DNA of 64,000 bases from an uncultured Anaerolineales bacterium (lineage in GTDB: Bacteria; Chloroflexota; Anaerolineae; Anaerolineales; UBA11858), in the NCBI GenBank assembly GCA_964438295.1, contig CAYTKR010000004.1, positions 9,849 through 73,848 of the forward strand. The letters are read 5' to 3'. Positions 1 to 9,358 of this stretch are shown here, piece after piece; the stretch's first letter is position 1, and the number at the start of each line of letters is the position of its first letter. Under the pieces are notes generated by a model, which saw nothing but the letters and a program-made list of their open reading frames with translations, searched no databases and was not told the origin of the DNA. The position numbers and the translations under genes are program-made.

Positions 1-2045
1 ATGCGCTTTGTTTTATCCAGCATCGAGCCCAGATCAGTCTGGAATGTGAGTTTCTCCAGTTGAGGGACGAAGTCCTCTAATTTGCTTTCCATATCTTCGC
101 GCACGAAATAGGCTGCGTCGGCAAAGCGCGCTCGGATGACGTCTTCATTGCCCCGAATGACAAGATCATAGGCACCATTGCCGGGTTTATTGGCGACGGT
201 GATGAAATAGGGGATCAACTCACCGTTTTTCTGGATGGGGAAATAGCGCTGGTGTTTTTTCATCACGGAGATGAGTACTTCGTCCGGGAGTTCGAGGTGA
301 CGGGGGTTGAACTCACCGAGAAGGGCAGTTGGCGCTTCAACTAGATGTGTGACTTCAAGCAACAAATCAGGGTCGTTGGGGATTTCACCATCGACCTTTG
401 CCGCCAGTGCGTGGATTTGATCTTCGATGACAGCCATGCGCTCTTCTGGATCTAGAAGGATACCTGCCGCTGCAATCTCATTGAAGTAGTCGCTGGAGCT
501 GTTAACGGGGATGGTTTTATTTTCAGTGAAGCGCAAACCCTGCGTGGTGCCCTGAGCTTGGAGCCCGGCGAATTCAAAGGGGATCAGGGCTTCGCCATGT
601 AGTGCCAACAACCAACGGATGGGTCGTGAGAAAGCAGTGTTGGTTTCATTCCAGCGCATGGTCTTGACGAAATGGATCTCAGCGACCAATTTGGGCAAGG
701 CCTCGGTTAGCACCTCGATGGATGTGCGGCCGTCTTGTTTCACCACTGCAACAACATATTCCCCGCCGTCGATCTCACGAGCTTCTAATTGGCCTACATC
801 AATGCCCTTAGAACGGGCAAACCCTTCGGCGGCCTTGGAGGGAACACCATCGGCGTCGAAGGCACGATTGGCAGGGGGGCCCTTGACCAATTCTTCAATA
901 TCTTCCTGGTTGGGGGCCAAATCTTCGACGTGGATGACTAAACGTCGGGGCGTGCCTAAGATCTTAATCTCACCATGCTCAAGGCGAAGTTCACCCAGCA
1001 AAGCGGGAACGCTCTTTCGTAACTGTGCCAGGGCATCTTCCAGGTCACCTGGGGGAAGTTCTTCGGTACCGATTTCTACAAGCACAGGTGCAGGGGTGTC
1101 AGGGTGGTGGGGTGCCGACGTGCTTGCATCCCCCTTGCTCCCACGTTCCCTTGCATCCGTGCCTTCTTCTCCAAGCCAGGGAAATTCCAAACGGGTGCGC
1201 TGTTCAATATATTCGTCCCCAATGCCACGTACCAGAGAGCGCATTCGGCGGAAGAATCCCGCCCGCTCGGTCACGCCAATGGCACCGCGTGTGTCGAGGA
1301 TATTGAAGGTATGTGAGCACTTTAGCAGATAGTCGTGGGCTGGCAGCACCTGATGGTTTTCCAGGCAAACCTTGGCCTCGGCTTCGTAGAGATCGAACAT
1401 TTGGCGCAAACGATCGACATTGGCCAGTTCGAAGGCATACTTGCTAGATTCTTGCTCGTTTTGCAAATAAACATCGCCATAGGTCATGCTCTGGTTCCAA
1501 CGGATGTCGCGAAAATCGCGCACACCCTGGATAGCCATGGCGATGCGCTCAAGCCCATAGGTCAGTTCAACGGCCACAGGGTCTAGTGTTTGCCCGCCAA
1601 CCTGTTGGAAGTAGGTGAATTGTGTGATCTCGAGACCATCCAGCCAGACTTCCCATCCCAAACCCCAGGCAGAGATGGCTGGTTGAGCCCAGTTATCTTC
1701 CACAAAACGGATATCATGTTTGTGGGGATCGATGCCAAGAGCAACCAGGGATTCCAGATAAAGCTCTTGGGGATTTCCAGGGTCGGGTTTGAGTATGACC
1801 TGATATTGGATGTGCTGGTAGAAACGGTTGGGATTTTCTCCGAAGCGACCGTCATCGGGTCGAATGGAGGGTTCTACGTATGCGACGTTCCAAGGTTCTG
1901 GCCCAAGGACGCGCAGTACAGTGCCGGGGTTCATAGTGCCAGCCCCGACCTCTGTGTGATAAGGCTGCCAAATCAGGCATCCCTTGTCGTTCCAGAAATC
2001 TTGCAGTGCAATGATGATTGATTGAAAGTCAAGTGGTTGGGTCAT
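1..2045 (-). CDS. glyQS: glycine--tRNA ligase, fused alpha (GlyQ) and beta (GlyS) subunits; 3' end runs off the window
   Basis: Hand translation of the minus strand gives an uninterrupted frame from ATG at 2045-2043 to position 1. It is absent from the ORF track because there is no stop in the window. The N-terminus [23 protein letters not shown] and the motif [22 protein letters not shown] are typical of GlyQ. After a linker ([26 protein letters not shown]) the frame continues [15 protein letters not shown] and ends [19 protein letters not shown], typical of GlyS. The plus-strand ORFs at 619-2021 are shadow ORFs. Confidence 0.9.
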   Translation of the reverse strand, partial: MTQPLDFQSIIIALQDFWNDKGCLIWQPYHTEVGAGTMNPGTVLRVLGPEPWNVAYVEPSIRPDDGRFGENPNRFYQHIQYQVILKPDPGNPQELYLESLVALGIDPHKHDIRFVEDNWAQPAISAWGLGWEVWLDGLEITQFTYFQQVGGQTLDPVAVELTYGLERIAMAIQGVRDFRDIRWNQSMTYGDVYLQNEQESSKYAFELANVDRLRQMFDLYEAEAKVCLENHQVLPAHDYLLKCSHTFNILDTRGAIGVTERAGFFRRMRSLVRGIGDEYIEQRTRLEFPWLGEEGTDARERGSKGDASTSAPHHPDTPAPVLVEIGTEELPPGDLEDALAQLRKSVPALLGELRLEHGEIKILGTPRRLVIHVEDLAPNQEDIEELVKGPPANRAFDADGVPSKAAEGFARSKGIDVGQLEAREIDGGEYVVAVVKQDGRTSIEVLTEALPKLVAEIHFVKTMRWNETNTAFSRPIRWLLALHGEALIPFEFAGLQAQGTTQGLRFTENKTIPVNSSSDYFNEIAAAGILLDPEERMAVIEDQIHALAAKVDGEIPNDPDLLLEVTHLVEAPTALLGEFNPRHLELPDEVLISVMKKHQRYFPIQKNGELIPYFITVANKPGNGAYDLVIRGNEDVIRARFADAAYFVREDMESKLEDFVPQLEKLTFQTDLGSMLDKTKR

Positions 2046-2105
2046 AGATTGGATATTTTGTTTTCGGTATCAGGAATTAGGTATTGGGGGGGATTATACT
2101 CGGAA

Positions 2106-3509
2106 TTAGAACGTCAGCCAGCCCATCTCAAAGCCCAGGATTGCTGTTCCAATAAGGATAGCAATGATCGTGAGGATGATGCTCAGGACTGTGGCGAAGG
2201 TGATCGCAGAATCACGTGGTTTTTTCCCGCTGACCTCCCCGGTTTGGCCGTTGACAAGAATAGAATAGGATTGGCCCTTATAATGGTATGTTCCCACCCA
2301 AATTGGGAGTAATACATATTTAAAGGTCATGCCACTCCATTTGTGGTGTCCGGTTGAAAGATTGCGTTTTTTGCGATGAGGTAGGATCTTGAGATGCATA
2401 CTATTGCGAAAATTACCGATGATCAATTCCCGTGCGATCAAAGTTGCATCTGCTAATGAAATATCATAGGTCAGGGCTGGCCAACCAGCCAAAAATTCTG
2501 GTTTGAACTCGACGACTTCTTTGAGTTTGAAAGGGCGGATATCTTCTGAATGTTCCCGAGTGATAGATTTGCTGCCGGAGACCAGCATATCATCGAATAT
2601 TTGATATTCTACCCCTGAGCGTGATACCCAATGAGGATTATCATCGCTGCCTTCGTTGACTTCGCAGCGCCAGTGCAATTCCAGGATGCCGTCAAAGGTC
2701 CAGAATGGATAATACGCCGGACGCAAAGCCGTCTCTTGGGCGGATATGGAAGTTGATAGATCATCCGGCGTGAACCAGCCTTTTCCCAGCCATTCTTCAG
2801 CCAGATGCAAGGCTTGTTTTTGATCGATTTCTATGGGCCCAATAACTTGGGGATCAACGAGGTTCTTTGTTTCTTGGGACTCGATCAACTGGTTTGATCC
2901 ACAAAATGGACAGCGCAAGGCTCGTTGACCGGTTGGCCAGAGGCTGTCAGCACCGCAATTCTGACATTTGAGGTGATGCTGGGCCTCAGCCCACTGGTGT
3001 CCCCGTCGGGTTGGCAGCACAAATTCAAGCACCTGCTCCCCACTATCAGCTGCGAGTTCAGCATCGATCTCTCTTTCGAAGCCACAAAACAAACATTGCA
3101 ATGTCTGGCTCTGGGGATTGAATTCGGTTTGCCCTCCGCATTGGGAGCAGGCCAAGGTTTTTTCAGTCTGAGCAGCTATGGGTTCCTGGTTTTGGCGCGG
3201 CTGCACCCCCTCACCTGTGGGCAAGAGATCCTCTGCTTTGATCTTTCCATCCAACAGGGCGATTGCTCTGCGGGCGACTATGTTATAGGGGTCTGCTGCA
3301 AGGGCTGATTCAAGACAGGCGCGCTTTTCGTCGGGGTCGTCGGTGATTTCGGTCAGCCAAAGCCAGGGACGCGCATCATAGGGGTCCATGCGTATGCAAC
3401 GTTCAAGCAATCGGCGTGCCAGTTTGCGGCTGTCATTTTTGGCAGCCGTAATACCATCTCGTAGGGTATCTTCAAATTCACCTTCTGGCGAAAAGCCATA
3501 GGAAGTCAT
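2106..3509 (-). CDS. TPR-like / double zinc-ribbon membrane protein, function unknown
   Basis: 467-aa ORF with a helical TPR-like N-terminus. It has two CxxC..CxxC ribbons (CSQCGG..CLFCGF and CQNCGA..CPFCGS). A conserved-looking C-terminal part (LLPIWVGTYHYKGQSYSILVNGQTGEVSG) is followed by one TM helix. Confidence 0.75.
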   Translation of the reverse strand: MTSYGFSPEGEFEDTLRDGITAAKNDSRKLARRLLERCIRMDPYDARPWLWLTEITDDPDEKRACLESALAADPYNIVARRAIALLDGKIKAEDLLPTGEGVQPRQNQEPIAAQTEKTLACSQCGGQTEFNPQSQTLQCLFCGFEREIDAELAADSGEQVLEFVLPTRRGHQWAEAQHHLKCQNCGADSLWPTGQRALRCPFCGSNQLIESQETKNLVDPQVIGPIEIDQKQALHLAEEWLGKGWFTPDDLSTSISAQETALRPAYYPFWTFDGILELHWRCEVNEGSDDNPHWVSRSGVEYQIFDDMLVSGSKSITREHSEDIRPFKLKEVVEFKPEFLAGWPALTYDISLADATLIARELIIGNFRNSMHLKILPHRKKRNLSTGHHKWSGMTFKYVLLPIWVGTYHYKGQSYSILVNGQTGEVSGKKPRDSAITFATVLSIILTIIAILIGTAILGFEMGWLTF

Positions 3510-3540
3510 ACTGGAATTATAGCCTCAATTAAAAAGAATA

Positions 3541-3568
3541 CACCGCCGAGAAGAATCTCCCGGCGGTG
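3541..3568 (-). terminator. intrinsic terminator after the DsbA-like gene
   Basis: 8-bp GC stem CACCGCCG/CGGCGGTG. On the minus strand it is followed by TATTCTTTTTAATT. Confidence 0.6.
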
Positions 3569-3586
3569 CAATTTCTGAGAGCTGAA

Positions 3587-3628
3587 TACTGCTAACTGGT
3601 TACTGTTTACTGATCACTGATTCCTGTT
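3587..3628. repeat. heptanucleotide tandem repeat, 6 units (plus strand nACTGnT, i.e. AnCAGTn on minus)
   Basis: The units read TACTGCT AACTGGT TACTGTT TACTGAT CACTGAT TCCTGTT. The array abuts the stop codon of the DsbA-like gene. Confidence 0.7.
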
Positions 3629-4458
3629 CACGGAATCTCCCCAGATAGTTCCTGCTCGATCAAATTCTGGAAGACTTCAAAAGGTTGCGCCCCTACTAAT
3701 GGAATACCATTCACGAAGAAAGTCGGCGTAGAGCGCACACCCAGGCTGGCAGCGTATTCGTAATCTGCCATAACCTCTTCATTTTGGCGACCGCTATCCA
3801 GGCAGTCTGAAAAAGCATCCAAATCCAGGCTCAAATTGCTGGCATACTGTTCATAGGCGTTCTTATCTAAGCCTAATTCCATACTGAAGAGTAATTCACT
3901 GAATTCCCAATAAGTACCCTGTTCTCCAGCACAATTTGCTGCTGCGGCAGCCGGAGTTGCGTTGGGATGGATTGTCGTGAGCGGAAAGTCCCGATACACC
4001 AGTCGTACCTGATCGGGATAGGATTCTTGAATTTGAGGCCAAACCTCTAAATGCCATCTGCGGCAGTAGGGGCACTCATAGTCACTGAACTCGATAATCG
4101 TAATTGGTGCGTCATCAGATCCCCAAACTGGGTCATCATCTTCGGGAATGTCGTACCGCTGAACTTGTTGGGGTTCGGCCTGAACCTGTGCAGCCTGTGC
4201 GGGCGCGGCATCCGCAGTAGTTGGGGCTGTTGTCTCTGGGATTGTGCGTCCCCAAAAGATATAGCCTACAGCCAGTCCTACGACGAAGGCCAGGGGCAGC
4301 AGCGCGGCGTATACATGGGAACGCTTGAAGGTCAGTGTGCCAGTTTCAGAAGTTTCGTCTTCAAGTACTTCATCAATTTTGGGTTGGTCGAGGTCTTTTT
4401 CGATGACTTCTTCAGTGTCATCGATTTTGGCTTGGGTAGTGGTGGTCTCTTCTTCCAT
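3628..4458 (-). CDS. membrane-anchored DsbA-family thiol:disulfide oxidoreductase
   Basis: Acidic N-terminus, one TM helix (YAALLPLAFVVGLAVGYIFWG), and a thioredoxin fold with the CPYC active site (FSDYECPYCRRWH). Confidence 0.85.
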   Translation of the reverse strand: MEEETTTTQAKIDDTEEVIEKDLDQPKIDEVLEDETSETGTLTFKRSHVYAALLPLAFVVGLAVGYIFWGRTIPETTAPTTADAAPAQAAQVQAEPQQVQRYDIPEDDDPVWGSDDAPITIIEFSDYECPYCRRWHLEVWPQIQESYPDQVRLVYRDFPLTTIHPNATPAAAAANCAGEQGTYWEFSELLFSMELGLDKNAYEQYASNLSLDLDAFSDCLDSGRQNEEVMADYEYAASLGVRSTPTFFVNGIPLVGAQPFEVFQNLIEQELSGEIP

Positions 4459-4520
4459 AGTGGCGGGGATTATATCATGGTGAAGATTGCTGATTGATGA
4501 ATGGTGAATTAGGAATGTAG

Positions 4521-5525
4521 CTAGGGATGGTATTCATCTTCCCTTGGGGCCTGATTGACCGACTCGATAATATCGTCAAGCAGAGATAAGAACTCTTCTG
4601 GATGAACGCTGGTGAGGAGTTTTTTTCGGAATACCTTCGGGAGCCGATAGGGGGTCAGGTAGCGCACAGCATGCTTACGGAAGAGTACCAGGCCGATCTC
4701 CTCTCCATAGAATGCCAGGTTGCGTTCCAGGTGTTTGAGCATCATCTCGCGGACTTGCTCGAAGCTGACTTCTTCCCGGTCGAGGCGGTGAAAGATCCAG
4801 GGATTGCCGATGGCCGCACGCCCGATCATCACGGCGTCGCAGCCGGTATATTTTTTCATGCGATCGATATCGTCGGCGGTTTTCACATCACCATTGCCGA
4901 TCACGGGGATATTCACGGCCTCTTTGACCTCGGCGATCGCCTCCCAGTTGGCTTTACCCCTATAGCCTTGCTCTTTGGTGCGCCCGTGCAGGGCGATCAG
5001 CGCGCCACCGTTCTCTTCGACGATGCGGGCGATGAGGGGGTAATTGCGGCAGTCATCGTCCCAGCCCAGGCGGATCTTGCCGGTCAGGGGGATCTCTAAG
5101 GAGGCAGATAAGCGCTTGAAAATGCGCGCCACCTTCAAGGGAGTTCGCATCAGGCCCACCCCGGCGCCGCGGTTGGCGATGGTCTTGGACGGGCAGCCCA
5201 TATTAATATCGACGATGTCTGCCTCTAGCTCCTGGGCGCGCAGAGCGGCGGCCAACATCACCTCGGGATCTTCGCCATAAATCTGGATCACCACTGGGCG
5301 TTCGTCTTCTTCATAACGCAATTTGTCTGCGATCAGTTTGGGTGGCTTGAGAATCTCTTCGGCCTTGACGAATTCGGTATAGCTCATCGCCGAACCCAGC
5401 TCGCGACACAGGGAGCGGAAGGGCCAATCGGAAAAGCCGTCCATAGGTGAGAGGATGGCATCGCCGTGGATGGGGATGTGACCGATGTGGAAAGTGGGTG
5501 CGGGGTGCGGGGTGCGGGGGGGCAT
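4521..5525 (-). CDS. dus: tRNA-dihydrouridine synthase
   Basis: Dus signatures PMDGFSDWPFR, DINMGCP and HGRT..QGY are present over a 334-aa length. Confidence 0.9.
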   Translation of the reverse strand: MPPRTPHPAPTFHIGHIPIHGDAILSPMDGFSDWPFRSLCRELGSAMSYTEFVKAEEILKPPKLIADKLRYEEDERPVVIQIYGEDPEVMLAAALRAQELEADIVDINMGCPSKTIANRGAGVGLMRTPLKVARIFKRLSASLEIPLTGKIRLGWDDDCRNYPLIARIVEENGGALIALHGRTKEQGYRGKANWEAIAEVKEAVNIPVIGNGDVKTADDIDRMKKYTGCDAVMIGRAAIGNPWIFHRLDREEVSFEQVREMMLKHLERNLAFYGEEIGLVLFRKHAVRYLTPYRLPKVFRKKLLTSVHPEEFLSLLDDIIESVNQAPREDEYHP

Positions 5526-5532
5526 GGGGGAT

Positions 5533-5609
5533 TAGTGTTCAGTAACCAGTAAACAGTAGTCAGTTTGCCTTATCTGGTTACTGATTACTGGTCACTGGAA
5601 ACTGCTCAA
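5533..5609. repeat. heptanucleotide repeat block arranged as an imperfect palindrome
   Basis: Forward units are (TAGTGTT) CAGTAAC CAGTAAA CAGTAGT CAGTTTG. After the spacer ccttatc come the inverted units TGGTTAC TGATTAC TGGTCAC TGGAAAC TGCTCAA. The block fills the whole dus / radical-SAM spacer. Confidence 0.7.
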
Positions 5610-6487
5610 AGCAGCCTCATTTGTGAACTCTGCTTCGTGATTTTCTCGGGTGTGAAAACGGGCATTTGGGTGGCGATACCGTATTTGTAGACTGCTTTCT
5701 GGAAGAGATCATCCAACTGGCGCCAGTTGGGGGCGTTGCAGATGTAGCGACTTCCGTAACGCTGCACGTAGCGCTGTTTGACGCCAGGGAAGAGCTGATC
5801 GAGTTTGTCGTAGTAGTAGTCGCGGGAGCCCTCGCGCAGGCTCATGCCGAACCAGGGCAGGATGTAGGAGGCGCCGTTTTGATGGGCCAGTTCGACGATA
5901 TTGGAGATATTTTCAGGGGTGTCCTCGATAAAGGGCAGGATGGGCTGCATGGTGACCCCGGTGAGGATCCCGGCATTCGAGAGCGTTTTCATTGCCTCCA
6001 AGCGCGCAGATGTCGGCGGCGCTGCGGGCTCGAGCTTCTTCGCTAAAGCATCATCCGCGGTGGTGATAGTGAAACTGACCGCGGCGTAAACCTGGTTGAT
6101 CTCTTTCAGAGTTTCCAGGTCGCGAATAACCAGGTCGGACTTGGTGATGATGTGCACGGGAAATTGGTTCCTGGCAATAACTTCCAACGCCTGGCCAGTC
6201 AGGTTGACCTTGGCTTCGATGGGCATATAGGGGTCGTTCATCGAGCCGGTGCCGATAGTGCCTCGCACGCGCTTGCGGGGCAGCACATCTTCCAGCAGTT
6301 CGATGGCATTAGTCTTGATGTGAATGTCAGCGAAGTTCTCGATCTGGTAGCAGGTGGAGCGCGAGTCGCAGTAGATGCACTGGTGCTGGCAGCCCCGGTA
6401 CAGGTTCATGTTGTACTTCAGCCCGAAGTAGGTATCGGGCTGTTTGACATGATTGAGGATGGTCTTGCGCTGGATTTCGGTGATCAT
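5606..6487 (-). CDS. radical SAM protein (SplB / COG1533-like)
   Basis: CxxxCxxC cluster motif CQHQCIYCDS near the N-terminus; 293 aa. Confidence 0.85.
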   Translation of the reverse strand: MITEIQRKTILNHVKQPDTYFGLKYNMNLYRGCQHQCIYCDSRSTCYQIENFADIHIKTNAIELLEDVLPRKRVRGTIGTGSMNDPYMPIEAKVNLTGQALEVIARNQFPVHIITKSDLVIRDLETLKEINQVYAAVSFTITTADDALAKKLEPAAPPTSARLEAMKTLSNAGILTGVTMQPILPFIEDTPENISNIVELAHQNGASYILPWFGMSLREGSRDYYYDKLDQLFPGVKQRYVQRYGSRYICNAPNWRQLDDLFQKAVYKYGIATQMPVFTPEKITKQSSQMRLL

Positions 6488-6495
6488 GGATCTGA

Positions 6496-6528
6496 AGACT
6501 TCCGAAGTCTCCGAGACTTCGGAAGTCT
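6496..6528 (-). terminator. 33-nt perfect palindrome / REP-like hairpin downstream of radA
   Basis: AGACTTCCGAAGTCTC-c-GAGACTTCGGAAGTCT, with 16-nt arms, lies between the radA stop (6531) and the radical-SAM start (6487). Confidence 0.6.
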
Positions 6529-6530
6529 GA

Positions 6531-7931
6531 TTACTCCTCCACCAACGCCTTTTTCAACGCTTCCCTAAGCGACCTTACTTCCACCACTTCAATTCCTTTG
6601 GGCCACTTCTGGCCTTTACCAATTCGTCGGGGCACGACTGCTGTCTTGAAGCCCAGTTTTGCTGCCTCGCGCAATCGGGCTTCCATCTGGCCGACCATGC
6701 GCAGTTCACCAGACAGGCCCACTTCGCCGATGAGCACGGTGTCAGCCCGTACAGGGGCGTCCTTGACTGAAGATGCAATAGCGGCAGCGACGGCCAGGTC
6801 GGCGGCGGGTTCGCTGATCTTCAGGCCGCTGATCACGTTGACAAAGACGTCCTGTTCGGCCAGGCGGACTCCAACCCGGCGGCTGAGCACGGCAACATTC
6901 AGTAACAGGCGGTTGAAGTCGATGCCGTTGGGTGTACGGCGAGGGTTGCCAAAGGAGGTGTGGCTGGTCAGGCCCTGGATTTCGACCAGCAGAGGACGAG
7001 TGCCCTCCATAGTCACGGCGATAGCCGAGCCAGGGGCGTTGACCATGCGCTCGGCCAGGAAGGCCTCTGAGGGGTTGCTGACCTCGACCAGGCCGCGGTC
7101 GCGCATCTCGAAGACGCCTACCTCGGATGTGGCACCGTAGCGGTTCTTGACCGTGCGCAGCAGGCGGTATACCTGGAAGCGATCTCCCTCTAGATAGAGC
7201 ACGGCGTCGACGATGTGCTCCAATACGCGCGGCCCGGCGATGGTGCCTTCTTTGGTGACGTGCCCGATGATGAAGACAGTCACCCCGCTGGCTTTGGCCA
7301 ACTCTCTCAATCGAGAAGCCGTCTCGCGCACCTGGGTGACAGAACCGGCAGAAGATTCCAGTTGAGGGAGATAGGTGGTCTGGATGGAATCCACTACGAT
7401 CAGTTGGGGCTTTACCACCTCAATGTGCTCCAAAATGATATCCAGGTTGGTTTCGGTGACCAGGAAGAGATCATCAGGTAGATTGCTCTTCTCTTCACCT
7501 GATTCAGGAGACAGTAGCCGCATGGCGCGCATTTTGATCTGCCGGTCGGACTCTTCGCCGGAGATATACAAGACGGTGCCCTGGCTGGCCATTTCTAAGG
7601 TAGCCTGCAGCAAGAGAGTCGATTTGCCGATGCCAGGGTCGCCGCCGATGAGCACAACGGAGCCTGGGACGATGCCGCCGCCCAGAACCCGCGAGAACTC
7701 TTCGATGGGCACTGGGATGCGATCTTCGACATCGCCGGTGATTTCGGAGAGGCGCCTTGGGGTGGAGCGTTCTCCCATGCTGGGGCGGGCGTGCTTTGCA
7801 GATGGAGTGGTCTTTTCGATGGTCTCTGCGACCATGCTGTTCCAGGAATCACACTTGGGGCAGCGGCCCATTTGCCGGGGCGAAGTGCGCCCGCATTCCT
7901 GACAGACATATTGTGTATACGTTTTTGCCAT
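6531..7931 (-). CDS. radA: DNA repair protein RadA/Sms
   Basis: N-terminal zinc finger (YVCQECG..CPKC), Walker A GGDPGIGKSTLLLQ, the KNRYG motif, and a Lon-like C-terminal domain. Confidence 0.95.
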   Translation of the reverse strand: MAKTYTQYVCQECGRTSPRQMGRCPKCDSWNSMVAETIEKTTPSAKHARPSMGERSTPRRLSEITGDVEDRIPVPIEEFSRVLGGGIVPGSVVLIGGDPGIGKSTLLLQATLEMASQGTVLYISGEESDRQIKMRAMRLLSPESGEEKSNLPDDLFLVTETNLDIILEHIEVVKPQLIVVDSIQTTYLPQLESSAGSVTQVRETASRLRELAKASGVTVFIIGHVTKEGTIAGPRVLEHIVDAVLYLEGDRFQVYRLLRTVKNRYGATSEVGVFEMRDRGLVEVSNPSEAFLAERMVNAPGSAIAVTMEGTRPLLVEIQGLTSHTSFGNPRRTPNGIDFNRLLLNVAVLSRRVGVRLAEQDVFVNVISGLKISEPAADLAVAAAIASSVKDAPVRADTVLIGEVGLSGELRMVGQMEARLREAAKLGFKTAVVPRRIGKGQKWPKGIEVVEVRSLREALKKALVEE

Positions 7932-7986
7932 AATTTAAATTACCTGGTGTTTTTTGGAACGTTGAGCAAGACGGGGGGATTTCGGG

Positions 7987-8030
7987 AAAATAGGTGTGGG
8001 CAGCGCCTAGCCCCTGCCCACACCTATTTT
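7987..8030. terminator. 17-bp stem hairpin between the peptidase stop and the radA start
   Basis: AAAATAGGTGTGGGCAG-(10 nt)-CTGCCCACACCTATTTT. A/T runs on both sides would allow it to terminate in either direction. Confidence 0.6.
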
Positions 8031-8036
8031 CCCGGA

Positions 8037-9236
8037 TTAATTTAAGTCTCGCACCAGATCTCTAAGAGCGAGAGCAATATCAACCAGTTTGCTCGGGTCA
8101 ACGATATCGGGGTGATCTTTGGGGGTATGGGTGATATCCACAGCGAGTTGTTCCATGAATAGGCTGGATGTAATCGCCAACGCGGGCACCTGGTGTTGGA
8201 TAAACATGGAGTGATCGCTTTGATACCACTGAGCGCCCTCTTCGATCCCATTGTGAGGGGCAAAAGCCTTGTGAATGACATCAACGATTTCTGGCGGGGG
8301 ATTATAAAGCGAGTATGCTGTATCCCTGTCATGGTACCCGGCCCCATCCATGTTGACCGCCAGGAGGATCTCAGAGAATGTGTGCGACTGCGTTTGCAAA
8401 TAATGCATCTCTCCAGCCGCGGAGTAATAATCTTCACCGTTGACGGCCAGGATTTCAACCCCCAGTTTTCCTTCATATTCGGCTAGAAATTCAGCCAGAA
8501 GTAGTAAAATGACGATCCCCGTGCCGTTGTCGATTGCGCCTGGGGTGTTATCCTTGGCGTCGATATGAGCGACGAACACGACCCTGGGTTGAGTTGAGGC
8601 TCCCTTTTTAGCAATTACATTGCATCCTTTAGCTGGGGCGCGTTCAGCGTTGATCTCAATAGATACTTCTTCTCCCTCGAATTGTGCTAGACGGTCACCT
8701 TCGACATCCTTCATATATACAGAAGGGATATCGAAATCACCATCCTCGATCAGCGGGAAGGGATACATCCCGCCCGCCAGTTCTGGGTTGCGGGAGGTTG
8801 CCGCGATGATGGCAGCAGGTTTCTTCTCCTCGAGCAGGCGGACGATCTTCTGGTGGTGTTCAGGATTGTAGAAGATGAAATTTTTGGGCATCAACTGCTC
8901 ATTGGTGATCTCGCCTTTCAAGAGGATTATCTTCCCTTCGATTTCAGCAGATTCTAGCTCTTTAAAGGTGGAGATGACCACAAGCGGAGAGTCTTCCTTG
9001 CCTCCCAGAGTATAGGGGCTGACGAACGCATTGAATGACTCCCTGCCAGCAGAGAGCTGAGCGCCACCCTCCGACCAGTCGATGCAGTCGAATTCGGGTT
9101 TCGTTGTTTCGAAACCAAAAGAGCTGACAATTTCTGCGAACCACTGGGTGGCCTGACGATTTCCCTGGCTGCCGACCCGCCGGTTAGGGATTTCGAGACA
9201 TAGTTTATCGAGAAGGGATTTTGCCCTGGTGATCAT
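8037..9236 (-). CDS. M28-family aminopeptidase
   Basis: M28 zinc-ligand region VVFVAHIDAKDNTPGAIDNGTG and NGEDY. I prefer the ATG at 9236 (MITRAKS) because the track start, GTG at 9263, lies inside the clpC terminator hairpin. TATAAT sits about 9 nt upstream of the ATG, so the leader may be very short. Confidence 0.8.
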   Translation of the reverse strand: MITRAKSLLDKLCLEIPNRRVGSQGNRQATQWFAEIVSSFGFETTKPEFDCIDWSEGGAQLSAGRESFNAFVSPYTLGGKEDSPLVVISTFKELESAEIEGKIILLKGEITNEQLMPKNFIFYNPEHHQKIVRLLEEKKPAAIIAATSRNPELAGGMYPFPLIEDGDFDIPSVYMKDVEGDRLAQFEGEEVSIEINAERAPAKGCNVIAKKGASTQPRVVFVAHIDAKDNTPGAIDNGTGIVILLLLAEFLAEYEGKLGVEILAVNGEDYYSAAGEMHYLQTQSHTFSEILLAVNMDGAGYHDRDTAYSLYNPPPEIVDVIHKAFAPHNGIEEGAQWYQSDHSMFIQHQVPALAITSSLFMEQLAVDITHTPKDHPDIVDPSKLVDIALALRDLVRDLN

Positions 9237-9253
9237 AGAACCAATTATAAACG

Positions 9254-9294
9254 AACAGGGCACGGAAACCTGTTCGGGTATTCCGTGCCCTGTT
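9254..9294 (-). terminator. hairpin downstream of clpC
   Basis: 14-bp stem AACAGGGCACGGAA / TTCCGTGCCCTGTT with a 13-nt loop, about 65 nt after the clpC stop. Confidence 0.55.
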
Positions 9295-9358
9295 TAGTTT
9301 TATCGATTGCTCGGGCGAACACGGTCAGGAGACCTGTTCGAGCAGTGACTGCGATTGA

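Noticed and set aside
619-2021. Several plus-strand ORFs (619-1332, 1335-1586, 1590-2021) listed in the track across the first 2 kb.
   Set aside because: They lie antisense to, or out of frame with, the continuous minus-strand GlyQ-GlyS frame. That frame has unmistakable synthetase motifs, whereas these translations are low-complexity (S/P/R-rich) shadow ORFs.
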